Source: Verrucomicrobiota bacterium (GTDB taxonomy: Bacteria; Verrucomicrobiota; Verrucomicrobiia; Limisphaerales; Palsa-1400). Taken from it: a stretch of DNA of 64,000 bases. Each line of letters starts with the position of its first letter. Position 1 is the first letter of the stretch. This document shows positions 1 to 9,498 of the stretch, one piece after another. The notes under the pieces were generated by a model that was not told where the DNA came from, made no database searches, and worked only from the letters and a program-made list of their open reading frames with translations. A program made the translations under genes and the position numbers. The stretch lies in NCBI GenBank assembly GCA_049510745.1, contig JBEKYR010000006.1:32001-96000 (forward strand), read 5' to 3'.

Positions 1-422
1 GGCGAGAATGGCCACGTCTTTGAGGGAGGAGGGTGGTGGTTTGAAAAGGATCGCGGCTTGATCTGGGAAAGAGGGAGTTCGCCTTTGGGCGGGATCCTTT
101 TCTTTAGCTGTCAGGGGCTGTTTTGGAAAGGTGGGAACGGTTCTTGAGACGGCTTCATAAATGCCCGAACGGTTTACTCAGTAGGTGCTTTGGCACCGTC
201 TCTCAGACTCACCGTATATTGGCCAACTGGCGGACAAAAATGGTGGGTTGACGGGATTTTGAAATTGGGAACAAAATTCAAAGTGAGATGGAAGTCTTCA
301 ACCAATCTGGTTTGCAAAGCGCAGCCCCGGCAGCAAACGAGGATTCCCAGGATCACAACTTTTCTGGCCTTAAATCCAACACGGCTGTTCCCGAGCGCCT
401 CCAACAGATCAAAAGGAAAATA

Positions 423-1832
423 ATGAATGCCAAACGAAACTTGATTCAAATTTGGCTGCTGTGTGCGGCCATGCTGCAAGCGGTCACTGGCAAAGCGCAG
501 GACCTGACCTTCAACTCCAGCACTTATCCTGTGGGAAGTGGGCCGGTAATACCTGCGGTGGCAGATATCAATGGCGATGGCAAACTGGATTTGATTATCC
601 CGATTTCCGTTTTTAGTTGTGCAGATCCTACTCATAACTCATCGGGCACCACCCTGGTGGTGCTGACGAACAACGGCAGCGGTGGGTTTGGCTCCAATGC
701 CACCCTGACCGTAGGCACGGGGCCGATTGATGTCGCGGCTGCAGATCTCAACGGCGATGGCTACGTGGATTTGATCAGCGCAAATATCACTGACAGCACC
801 CTGACGGTGCTAACGAACAATGGCACCGGTGGTTTTGGTTTGAGCGCGACGCTTTCCGTGGGCGCTGGACCATCATGTGTCGTGGCGGCTGATGTGAACG
901 GTGATGGCTGCTTGGATTTGATTAGCGCAAATTCCCACAGCAACACGCTGACAGTGTGGTTTAACAACGGCCGCGGGGGCTTTGTCACTAATGCCACGCT
1001 CACCGTAGGCACGGGGCCTTACTGTTTGGCGGCTGCAGATGTTAACGGCGATGGCTACGTGGATTTGATCAGTGCAAATTATGGCGGCGGTAGCGGCAAC
1101 TCATTAACGGTGCTGACGAACAATGGCAGCGGTGGGTTTGGATACAATGCCACCCTGACCGTGGGCCAAGGACCCTTATGGGTCGTGGCGGCGGATGTGA
1201 ATGGCCATGGCAAACCGGACTTGATCTGTGCCAATTTTTCGGGCAACTCATGGACGGTGCTGACCAACGATGGCAGCGGTGGCTTTGGCATCAATGCCAC
1301 GCTCAATGACCCTATCGGGGGCTTTTTTCCGAGTGCCTTCGCGGTGGGGGATTTCAACGGCGATGGCTACGTGGATTTGATCTGCGGGACTTCCGGCCCC
1401 GGTTGCAGTGGAGGAGATAATTACCTGATAGTATTTACCAACAATGGCAGCGGTGCTTTTGGCTACAATACCACCCTTTCCGCGGGCAATAAGCCGAACC
1501 CTGTTGGGGCGGATCTCAGCGGTGATGGCAAAATGGATTTGCTCGTCGCGAATTACCTTGATGGGACGGTAACGGTGCTGATGAATACTTCTCTTTTCCA
1601 AACTCCGACTTTGACTCCAACGCTGACCGTGAAACAACAGAGCAGGAATATTTGCGTAGCGTGGCCGTATCCTTCGCCCGGTTGGGAATTGCAGGAGAAT
1701 CCAGATTTAACGAAGCCGAACTGGCTGCCCAGCGGTTATGACGGCTATGGCATTACCGATGACGGAACGAACAAGAGCCTCACCATGCCACCGACACCTG
1801 GCAGTTTATTCTTCCGTCTTTTGCATCCTTAA
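423..1832 (+). CDS. Secreted FG-GAP/VCBS repeat (beta-propeller) protein with shared C-terminal domain
   Basis: About 7 repeats of AD[LV]NGDGxxDLIxAN...LTVLTNNGSGGF. Signal-peptide-like start MNAKRNLIQIWLLCAAMLQA at ATG 423 (track start 288 is probably too early). Ends ...GSLFFRLLHP. Confidence 0.88.
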   Translation: MNAKRNLIQIWLLCAAMLQAVTGKAQDLTFNSSTYPVGSGPVIPAVADINGDGKLDLIIPISVFSCADPTHNSSGTTLVVLTNNGSGGFGSNATLTVGTGPIDVAAADLNGDGYVDLISANITDSTLTVLTNNGTGGFGLSATLSVGAGPSCVVAADVNGDGCLDLISANSHSNTLTVWFNNGRGGFVTNATLTVGTGPYCLAAADVNGDGYVDLISANYGGGSGNSLTVLTNNGSGGFGYNATLTVGQGPLWVVAADVNGHGKPDLICANFSGNSWTVLTNDGSGGFGINATLNDPIGGFFPSAFAVGDFNGDGYVDLICGTSGPGCSGGDNYLIVFTNNGSGAFGYNTTLSAGNKPNPVGADLSGDGKMDLLVANYLDGTVTVLMNTSLFQTPTLTPTLTVKQQSRNICVAWPYPSPGWELQENPDLTKPNWLPSGYDGYGITDDGTNKSLTMPPTPGSLFFRLLHP

Positions 1833-2012
1833 AACACTGGAAGCCACGTATCTGTCACCTGAAGCCTGACGTACTCCGTTAGGCAGACTCCTGCTTTGTC
1901 TTGGCTGCCGTGTTCCCTTGAACCAGCGGTCAAATCTCGGTGGACTGGTGGTTAGTGTCCAGGAGGTCGGAGCGATTTCGTCCATGCTCACCCCAACAAG
2001 CCGACCGGGACC

Positions 2013-2255
2013 ATGATGGAACTGCTCAGGCTCATCATCGCCCAAGAACGCCCTGACCTGATTGAGGGCCAGACAAGGGAAGTGAAGGATGCAGGGACAG
2101 GAGCCAAATTCAATGCCGCGCAGTTGAGTCCGAGGGAGCGGGAGATAATCGAGGGCTTGCGAAAACTGTCGGTCAAGGATCAGGAGGCGGTTTTTGCGGT
2201 AATAAAGGCTCTGCTGCGGGTTACGGGTCGCAGGGGGAGGAAAGCCGAGCCGTGA
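2013..2255 (+). CDS. Small hypothetical protein, possibly a regulator fragment
   Basis: 80-aa ORF. LSPREREIIEGLRKLSVKDQEAVFAVIKALL resembles helical tails of phage/XRE-type regulators. No full HTH is recognisable. Confidence 0.3.
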   Translation: MMELLRLIIAQERPDLIEGQTREVKDAGTGAKFNAAQLSPREREIIEGLRKLSVKDQEAVFAVIKALLRVTGRRGRKAEP

Positions 2256-2437
2256 ACTGGTTTTTGATCGACAATCTGGCCAGCCATACGTGGAAATCAG
2301 TGAGCCAAAACTGCAAGATTCTCGCCCCAGCCCCGTATTGGAGTTTGATGTTTTATGTTGATAGGCACTTGGAAATCACGGGTATTGAACGGCTTTCGAG
2401 ATTTGACAAGTGCCGGTCCAGAAAGGATTTTCGATAG

Positions 2438-3157
2438 ATGCAAACGAGTGTGATGAAAATTGCGTTCGGCCTGCTGTTCGCTGTTGGAGCGGCGCTTTTC
2501 ATAATTTTAGCAAGTGCGTGCAATGCAGCCCCTCGTTACACAGCGAATGCAGCATTCTCGGTCAATTGGAACCAGATGCCGCCCAACCAACCAGACCAAG
2601 ATCCACAACAGGCACATCAAGAATTCAACGCCAGCCTCTCCAAATTTAAGGTCAGCAAAAAATTTATCTCGCTGTTATGCGACCACGGTAAACTTCCCAG
2701 CGCCAAATCAGCCTCACTCGAAGCACAGTTGCGGAAATACTTGAGGGTAATCCCTGCCGGGACGACCAACAATCGTGCGCTGTATCAGGTTTGTTTTGAA
2801 GGCGACAACCAAGCTGTCGCGATTGAAGCAGTGAATCTTTTAAGCACTCGTTTCGTTGACAGACTCAACCGCAAAGCAAAATCGCATTCCACGAGCGAGA
2901 CCGTCAAATCGGCAGAGGAGTATGCGAAGAGCCGGAATGAGGAGGACGATTTGAGGGGGGAATTGGCTAATCTTTCCCAGCAGCAGAATCGGGAGTTCAG
3001 CCAGGAGCGGCAGGCACGGATTCAGCAGATAAATCAGGAATTGGAGGTCAACGACATCCACAAAACATTTTCGGGATTACGCACTCTTGTTAATGGGGTT
3101 GGCATTTTTGTGGACCCAGCCAAAGTGGAACAAAAGGGCGTCGTGAGAATGCGATGA
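2438..3157 (+). CDS. Membrane-anchored protein with Wzz/GumC-like periplasmic domain and coiled coil
   Basis: N-terminal hydrophobic helix followed by PRYTANAAFSV, LYQVCFEGDNQAVAIEAVNLL, a Q/E-rich coiled coil and IFVDPA. This order resembles polysaccharide co-polymerase domains. No second TM helix. Confidence 0.5.
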   Translation: MQTSVMKIAFGLLFAVGAALFIILASACNAAPRYTANAAFSVNWNQMPPNQPDQDPQQAHQEFNASLSKFKVSKKFISLLCDHGKLPSAKSASLEAQLRKYLRVIPAGTTNNRALYQVCFEGDNQAVAIEAVNLLSTRFVDRLNRKAKSHSTSETVKSAEEYAKSRNEEDDLRGELANLSQQQNREFSQERQARIQQINQELEVNDIHKTFSGLRTLVNGVGIFVDPAKVEQKGVVRMR

Positions 3158-3456
3158 TTGGCCTCAAAACCTCTTCCCAAGCTCGACAACCGCCTTTCGT
3201 TTTATAGACGTCTCCATCCATTCCCGGCCCTTGCAACGGTCATCATCCATGCCGCGCCGGATCTCAAGCCTGCCGTCCAATCGCTTGAGGAGTTGGGTGC
3301 CTACGAAACTCAAAGGCTCCGTAGCTTGGCAGCTGTTCTGAACACCAATCAGAAGAGATTGCGCCGATTAACCTTGCGGGGTATCATGCACAGTATTGTG
3401 TCGGAGACGGAACCTGACGGATTGGCAGATCTGACCTATGTTTTCATAGGGAATCA

Positions 3457-3508
3457 CATCTGAATGGGGTTCAGAAGGTCGTGAGTTCAAATCTCACCGC
3501 CCCGACCA
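3457..3508 (+). mobile_element. 3' fragment of tRNA-Pro(GGG), probable att site at an island boundary
   Basis: TCTGA-ATGGGGT-TCAGA anticodon arm, GTGAG-TTCAAAT-CTCAC T arm and CGCCCCG-A-CCA end. The 5' acceptor strand and D arm are absent upstream. Confidence 0.85.
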
Positions 3509-3547
3509 TTTTTTACAAAGCTTGCCGGAGCAAGCGGCCAGCAGGGT

Positions 3548-6500
3548 TTAGGGCGAAACAACACGGTAGAATCGCTGGGTGCTGCCGGGCGAATTGGTAT
3601 CGGTAAAAATCACTGTGGCACCCGTTGCGTTGGTCGCACTCGCCGGCAAGGTGGTCCACGAACCCACCGCCAGGTTGGTCTTGACCTGAACCTCATACTG
3701 GAATCCGGCAGTGGTGGCGTAGGTGAGGACGACCAAACCGCCGGGATTGACCGTTGCCCCGAGGATATTCTGCGGCGGCGGGGTCGCGGTATGGACGGTG
3801 AACGGCGCGCTAACGGCGTTGGCCAGCGACGCCGGGGCGACGCAACTTGCGCAAAGCCACTTGTTGCTCAAATAGTTCAGGACACTGATGGAGGCCGCGG
3901 CGCTGAGGGAGTTGCTGTAAACCAGAATCTCCGCAACGTCTCCCTGGAAGATAGTGCTGCTCGTGTCAAAACCGGAACCGACGTGCCCCTGACAACCCGC
4001 CGCGTTCAGAAAACCGGCCGCCGTCCCCGCTGCCACTGCCGTGCCGTTCAGGTAAATCGTTTTGTAGCGGTTGCTATCAATCGTATCCATCCAGACGCGG
4101 GCCGCCGGATACGTAAAGCTGCCGGGAACGTAATCCAAGTCGTCAGCGTAGTGCGCAAAGGTGAAGTCGCCCGAGCTGCGATAGCCGGTGTGCAAGGCCT
4201 TGTCGGTGCTATTGCCTCCGCTGCCTGTATCGCCCAGGAAGTAGCTGGTATTCCCACCCTTGTTCGAGGCCACTTCGATGACCGCAATCGTATAGGGCGT
4301 ATTGTTCAGGAACGTCAAGTCCACGTCAAAAAACGTGCTCGATCCGTCAAAACGCACCGTCCGAGCCTGCCCCGACGCACCCGACGCCAAAGTTGAGTTG
4401 GTAGCAAGGATCGGGGGGACGCCTGCGGCCGCGTTGCGCCCATTGCCGCTCCGGTCATTCCACGCCGTCACGTAACCTGCGATGAGCGTCAGACTATTCA
4501 AATCCGAAGAGTCCAGCCACAAGCCCAGTTCATTGTGCAGCGGCGGGATGTAGCCAACCGGGGTGGTGTTTGTGGCGGTCAGGATGCAGCCAGCGCCTGG
4601 CACATTGAGTTCGAGGTTGGTGAAGGCCACCATGCCGTCGCCGCCGGCGGAGCCAATGTTGTAATTCGTGGCGCCCAGCAAAGGCCCGGTGCCAACGCTC
4701 AGGCACACCTGCACGTTCTGGGTCGCGGCCAATCCACTGGTGGAGGGATTGCCGAAAGCGTCCGCCGTTTGCAAGACGGGTTGCGTGCCGAAGGGCAGCC
4801 CGCTGGTGGCATTGCCGGGCTGGATGGTCCAGATCAACTCGGAGGCTGGACCCACGCCCACATTGATGGCGGTGGAATTGACCGGCGCCAGGCCGCCGGA
4901 GGTGAATTCCAGAGTGACCGCCGGGCCGGCATTGGTTACAAAAAGACCGGTGAAAAGGGCAACGCCGCTGACGGGCATCGCCGCTGGCGCGGCAAGGCTG
5001 CCATTCAAATTGCCGCCGGCCACCTCGGCCGCCATGACCGCACTGGTGTAGCTGGTCACGATATTGCCATAATTGTCGAGGACCGTCACGCTGGGTTGTT
5101 GCGCGAAGGAGGCGCCTGCCATGGCCGTGCTGGAAGGCTGCTGGGTTACCTTCAGCCCGGTGGCGGTGTTGGCGCTGACATTGATGGCGCTGGATGTCAC
5201 GGCGGGACTGGGCAGGCTGGAATCGGTGAACGTGAGGGTGACGTTGTTGGCCGCATTAGTGATATAGAGGTTGGCGAAGACCGCCGTGCCATTGCTGGCG
5301 GTCACCATCTGGCTTGCAGTGCTGGCGTTCAAGTATCCGCCCGTGCCGGCAGCTTGAGCGGCGCTGATCGTATCTGTGGCGTTCGAAATCACGTTGCCGT
5401 ATTGGTCAGTCACTTGAACCGCGAGCGCCGGTGTCATCACCACGCCCGCAGTGGCTGTGGCGGGAGGCTGCTGCGCAATCACCAGTTGGTTCGCAGCAAC
5501 AGGGCTGATGGTGAAGGTGGCGCTATTGGTGGCCAGCGTCGTGGTGGCGTCGCCGACGGCAAGCTGTTTGAGGCCGGCGGCGTTGATGCTCAGATTGGGG
5601 AAGTGCGCGATGCCATTGGCATCGGTATTGGTGGCCTGAATTCCGGCGAGAGTCCCAGTGCCGTTGGTCAGGGAAAGGGTGAGCAGGATGTTCGTAACCG
5701 GGGCGGCATTGCTCCAGGCCGCGACTTGAATTTCCGGCGAGATCACCGCGCCAGCCAAGGCATTGGAAGGCTCCTGCGCCCAACTCAATGCGGTAGCCGT
5801 GAGCGGCGGCGGAAGGACATGGAAGGCCGCGCTGGTGATCACCAGCGAGGAATTGCTCGCTACGATTTGTTTGAGGCCGGCCTGGCTGACGCTCAGATTC
5901 GAAAAGTGGGCGATGCCGTTTGAGTCGGTATTGGCGGTTTGGATGCCGGTCAGGACGCCGACACCGCTGGAGAGAAAGAGCGTGATGGGGATGCCGACAA
6001 CAGCGTAGGCTTCGTTAGAGGCGCCGACTTGAATCTCCGGCGAGATCACGCTGCCCGCTACGCTGGTCGAAGGCGATTTCACCCAACTCAACGCCGTCGC
6101 CGTCGTCGGCGGCGCGATGGACAAAGAAACATTGGACAGCGAGACGCCGGCCGTGGAAGTGCCCAGGTCGAACATGAGGTTGGCGTTGAAATCCGACGTT
6201 TGCTGCATGGTGAAGGTATATTGATATTGGTTCGGGACCGGGGTGAGCGCCGTGGATCCGATGCCGCTGTAGTTGAGATAAGGAGCGGCAGCTTGCCCAA
6301 CCTCAGCTTGGATGAAGCGTGGCCGGGCCGACCAGGCGTCAAATGCAAGAGTGTATTGCAGCCCCTGCAGCAGGCGGAAGCCGGTTTGGTACAACTGAAT
6401 GTCCGTCGCGTAGGTGCCGCCATTGGTGATGGAGAAATGGATGACGCCGTTGGTGACGGTCCAACCCGCCGACCCGCTGTTGGCCAGCGCGAAAATCCAA

Positions 6501-9442
6501 CCATTCGTGCCTTGGGAGAAATTCCCGTTAGTGACCATATTCTGCCCCGGCCGGATGAGGTTGACCGTGACGCTTTGTTCGTTGGAAAACCCGCCTTCCG
6601 TGCCGTCACGATGCACGGCGGTGACCCGGAAGTAATACACAGCGCCGTTTTGCAGGAACGTCAACCGCGCGAGGGTCGTCGTCGAGGTGGCCAGGAGGTT
6701 GGTCGAGTGGGATGCCGTGCCGCCGTAAATGCGATAATAAGCTATATTCGTGTCGCCGAATTGATTGAAGATGAGGGTCACGTTGTCGGGATAGGACTCG
6801 ATGAGCAGGTAGGGCTGGAGGGCCACGGCCTGCCAGGAGCAGCGCCAAACGCGGTAGGCCTCCCAATGGTTGACCCAGTTCATCTCGAACGCCTTGGTGC
6901 CGTTGGGTGTGACCTCGGTGAGCTTGGGCAAATTAGTCACGGCCCAGTCGATCAGCGTGTTGCCATTGGTCAAACGCTGGGTGTTGCCCATGTAGTATGC
7001 GTAGAGGGAGGTCGTCGTGATCGGAGGATACTGCCAGACCACGGTGGCGGTCATGCTGTTGGTGTCCACCTGGTACTCCACCCCGCGCGACACGGGAGGG
7101 TTGTGCAAGTTCCCATCATCGAACAGCGTGTACTGGTTGGTGGCCACCACGCGGATGGCGTGCAGGTTGGCCGGGCCATTCAGCGGATCATTCGGAAAAG
7201 TGAAGTCGCTCTCCACCCCGCCCAGCCGCCAGATGACGAGGCCCGTGTTCCGGTCGATCTTGGTAATTTCACTGGTGTTGCGGCTGGACAGCAGGATGTT
7301 GCCGTCGGTATCCACGTCAATGGCGTTCATGTGGGGAAAATCAAAGTAGCTGGACCTGAGGTCAATGAACTGTTGCTCATCGAGAATATTGATGTGATCC
7401 CAGGCCCGCCATTGAAAGATCAAGTCCCCTGCCGCCGTGAACTCCTGGATCGCCGATTCGATAACGGAAGCGTTGGTCAGGCCGCCGGCGATGTAGCGGC
7501 TCATGTCCACTGTTTCCGTATTGAGCGCGGTGACAAAATAAGTTCCATCGGCCAGCACCTGGAGTTCATGCTCGTCCCCGTAGAAACCGTTGGTGGTCCA
7601 GTATTGGGCGATTTGTTGGTAGTTGGTGTTAAAACCGTTGAAATGGTCGCCCCCTTCGTCGCGGGCCAGCATGGTCATCACGCCGTTGTGCTGGACCTTC
7701 ATGTCGCGGCGCTCGTCGGGATACTTCGAGTACCACACCGGCTGGCCAGAATTGTCAAATATAACGTTCCAAGGGTCGCCCCCGCCGCCGCGGTTATCAA
7801 TGAAGATATATTCCGGATCGGGATTGTTACTGGTGGTGATGTTAATGTAGGGAAAGTCAGTGGGGACCGAGACCCCGTTGGGCATGATTCCATCCTGTCC
7901 AGGGGTTACGCCCAGGGGCGTGTACATCGGCGTGGCCGCCGGCGCCGCCGGCGTCACATCGCTTGGGAGCGGGTGGGGAGAGTGGGTCGGGGTGGAGAGC
8001 TTGGCGGCCGTGGTCGCCGATGAGGTCTGGGTGAGATTGGATTGGCCTTTGGCGGCGGGGGCGCTGGAGCCGAGCGCAATCACAGCCGGGATTCCCGGAG
8101 TTCCGTTCGACCAGGGGGACAGCACCTCTCCGGGGATGATTTCCGAAGGCGCCGCGGCAGCTTGACCGGGCATGGCCCAGCCGACTGCCAGATTGTCGCC
8201 GCCGCCGCCCTGTTTGTGCCGCGCTTCGATGTAGTATCGCTGCCCGGCTTGCAGGTTGATCGGCACCGAATGTTGGGAGCTGTAGTTGGTCCAGATCTGG
8301 GGATTGGTCCACCCTGGCACCGAGGCGATCAGACTCGCGTTGGTGGGATTGGCGTTGGTGCTGAACCACAGTTCGCTGTTGTCGTCGCTGGAGATCCAGA
8401 ACCGATAGGCGCCGGTGAGGGGAGCGGTAATAAATCCGCGGACCCGTGTGCCATAGTTCAGCGCCCAGTTGACCGGCCCGTTGAAACTGGGCAGCTGATC
8501 GCTGAGGCTGGGAGAGGCGGGATAAGCCGGGTTGTTCGTGAGATTGCTGACGGCAGTGCCGGCGATGCCGAGCCAGCATTCCCACAGTGCCGAGCCGGTG
8601 GCGGGGGTGAGTTCCAGTTCGGCCAAGTGGACACCCGTGGCAGTAGCGGGATTATTCACGCGGGTAATCACCAAACGATAGCCGCGGTAGGCGGTCGTGT
8701 TGGTGATGGCGTAGGACCGGGGTTGCAGTCGGTTGCTGAAGGTCTGGCCGGTTTGGGTGTCCAGCAGCAACAGGTTGCTGGACGCGTCCACGCCATAGAA
8801 TTGCCATGCGCCGGGATCGTCCGCCGGGGCGCCAAGGGCCGAGGTGAGAGCGTAACGGTTCACCACATGCATGGCGCTGCCGGGATAGAGATACTGAATC
8901 CAAGCGAAGTTGGTGCTTCCGTTGGGGACAGTTGGATCCTGCCATGCGGTGCTGAGGTTATTGTCAAAGGCCATCGCCGCAGTGGTATTTGTCGAACTGG
9001 CGCTCGCCGTGATCGTAGCCCCATCGGGCATAGGCCCCGAGATCATGAACTGGTATTGGTACGGCGGGATGGTGGTGTTGGTGGTGAGGTCAACCTGGGG
9101 CGCAAGGCTCACCGTCACCAGTTCGTTCTGACTAAAACTCAAGGCCGTCTGGAAGATCACCGTCTGGTTGTCACCGGCAATTTTGGTGGCGCCGGGGTGG
9201 AACCCGCTGCTGGCGCCGGTCACCCGAATGCACTGCGCCAGGTTCGTGACCGCGGTGGGCGGCAGCGTCATAAACCGCATCAGGAAAAGAGTAGTTTGAT
9301 TCGGGGCATACTGCGAACCAGGCTCCGGGGAGAGGTAGGCGTATCCCAACGCCCGGTACGAGCCGCCGTCGGTCTGAGCTTGAGCACCGACGGCACCCAG
9401 TATCAACCCAGCCGCCACTAAAACTAGATTCAGACTCCTCAT
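3548..9442 (-). CDS. Large secreted multidomain arylsulfotransferase (ASST)-family protein: discoidin-like, PA14, ASST, FN3, CBM4/9-like, Ig-like repeats, LamG-like and C-terminal domain
   Basis: Signal peptide MRSLNLVLVAAGLILGAVGAQA (ATG 9442). PA14 motifs YRFWISSDDNSELW and HKQGGGGDNLAVGW. ASST motifs HELQ, FPHMNAIDVDTDGNILLSSR and GNTQRLTNGNTLIDW. Ends QRFYRVVSP. Confidence 0.85.
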   Translation of the reverse strand: MRSLNLVLVAAGLILGAVGAQAQTDGGSYRALGYAYLSPEPGSQYAPNQTTLFLMRFMTLPPTAVTNLAQCIRVTGASSGFHPGATKIAGDNQTVIFQTALSFSQNELVTVSLAPQVDLTTNTTIPPYQYQFMISGPMPDGATITASASSTNTTAAMAFDNNLSTAWQDPTVPNGSTNFAWIQYLYPGSAMHVVNRYALTSALGAPADDPGAWQFYGVDASSNLLLLDTQTGQTFSNRLQPRSYAITNTTAYRGYRLVITRVNNPATATGVHLAELELTPATGSALWECWLGIAGTAVSNLTNNPAYPASPSLSDQLPSFNGPVNWALNYGTRVRGFITAPLTGAYRFWISSDDNSELWFSTNANPTNASLIASVPGWTNPQIWTNYSSQHSVPINLQAGQRYYIEARHKQGGGGDNLAVGWAMPGQAAAAPSEIIPGEVLSPWSNGTPGIPAVIALGSSAPAAKGQSNLTQTSSATTAAKLSTPTHSPHPLPSDVTPAAPAATPMYTPLGVTPGQDGIMPNGVSVPTDFPYINITTSNNPDPEYIFIDNRGGGGDPWNVIFDNSGQPVWYSKYPDERRDMKVQHNGVMTMLARDEGGDHFNGFNTNYQQIAQYWTTNGFYGDEHELQVLADGTYFVTALNTETVDMSRYIAGGLTNASVIESAIQEFTAAGDLIFQWRAWDHINILDEQQFIDLRSSYFDFPHMNAIDVDTDGNILLSSRNTSEITKIDRNTGLVIWRLGGVESDFTFPNDPLNGPANLHAIRVVATNQYTLFDDGNLHNPPVSRGVEYQVDTNSMTATVVWQYPPITTTSLYAYYMGNTQRLTNGNTLIDWAVTNLPKLTEVTPNGTKAFEMNWVNHWEAYRVWRCSWQAVALQPYLLIESYPDNVTLIFNQFGDTNIAYYRIYGGTASHSTNLLATSTTTLARLTFLQNGAVYYFRVTAVHRDGTEGGFSNEQSVTVNLIRPGQNMVTNGNFSQGTNGWIFALANSGSAGWTVTNGVIHFSITNGGTYATDIQLYQTGFRLLQGLQYTLAFDAWSARPRFIQAEVGQAAAPYLNYSGIGSTALTPVPNQYQYTFTMQQTSDFNANLMFDLGTSTAGVSLSNVSLSIAPPTTATALSWVKSPSTSVAGSVISPEIQVGASNEAYAVVGIPITLFLSSGVGVLTGIQTANTDSNGIAHFSNLSVSQAGLKQIVASNSSLVITSAAFHVLPPPLTATALSWAQEPSNALAGAVISPEIQVAAWSNAAPVTNILLTLSLTNGTGTLAGIQATNTDANGIAHFPNLSINAAGLKQLAVGDATTTLATNSATFTISPVAANQLVIAQQPPATATAGVVMTPALAVQVTDQYGNVISNATDTISAAQAAGTGGYLNASTASQMVTASNGTAVFANLYITNAANNVTLTFTDSSLPSPAVTSSAINVSANTATGLKVTQQPSSTAMAGASFAQQPSVTVLDNYGNIVTSYTSAVMAAEVAGGNLNGSLAAPAAMPVSGVALFTGLFVTNAGPAVTLEFTSGGLAPVNSTAINVGVGPASELIWTIQPGNATSGLPFGTQPVLQTADAFGNPSTSGLAATQNVQVCLSVGTGPLLGATNYNIGSAGGDGMVAFTNLELNVPGAGCILTATNTTPVGYIPPLHNELGLWLDSSDLNSLTLIAGYVTAWNDRSGNGRNAAAGVPPILATNSTLASGASGQARTVRFDGSSTFFDVDLTFLNNTPYTIAVIEVASNKGGNTSYFLGDTGSGGNSTDKALHTGYRSSGDFTFAHYADDLDYVPGSFTYPAARVWMDTIDSNRYKTIYLNGTAVAAGTAAGFLNAAGCQGHVGSGFDTSSTIFQGDVAEILVYSNSLSAAASISVLNYLSNKWLCASCVAPASLANAVSAPFTVHTATPPPQNILGATVNPGGLVVLTYATTAGFQYEVQVKTNLAVGSWTTLPASATNATGATVIFTDTNSPGSTQRFYRVVSP

Positions 9443-9498
9443 GATATTTGGCTCTGGACAGGGCGCTGGCAGCAATGTCCGTAGTTTTCTAAGGGCTG

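Noticed and set aside
288..422. N-terminal extension of the FG-GAP ORF
   Set aside because: The signal peptide begins at ATG 423, so the extension would bury it.
3158..3463. Intact 101-aa gene
   Set aside because: TTG start, no family features, and it runs into the att fragment. At most an integrase remnant.
3457..3508. Functional tRNA-Pro gene
   Set aside because: No 5' acceptor strand or D arm upstream, so it is only a 3' fragment.
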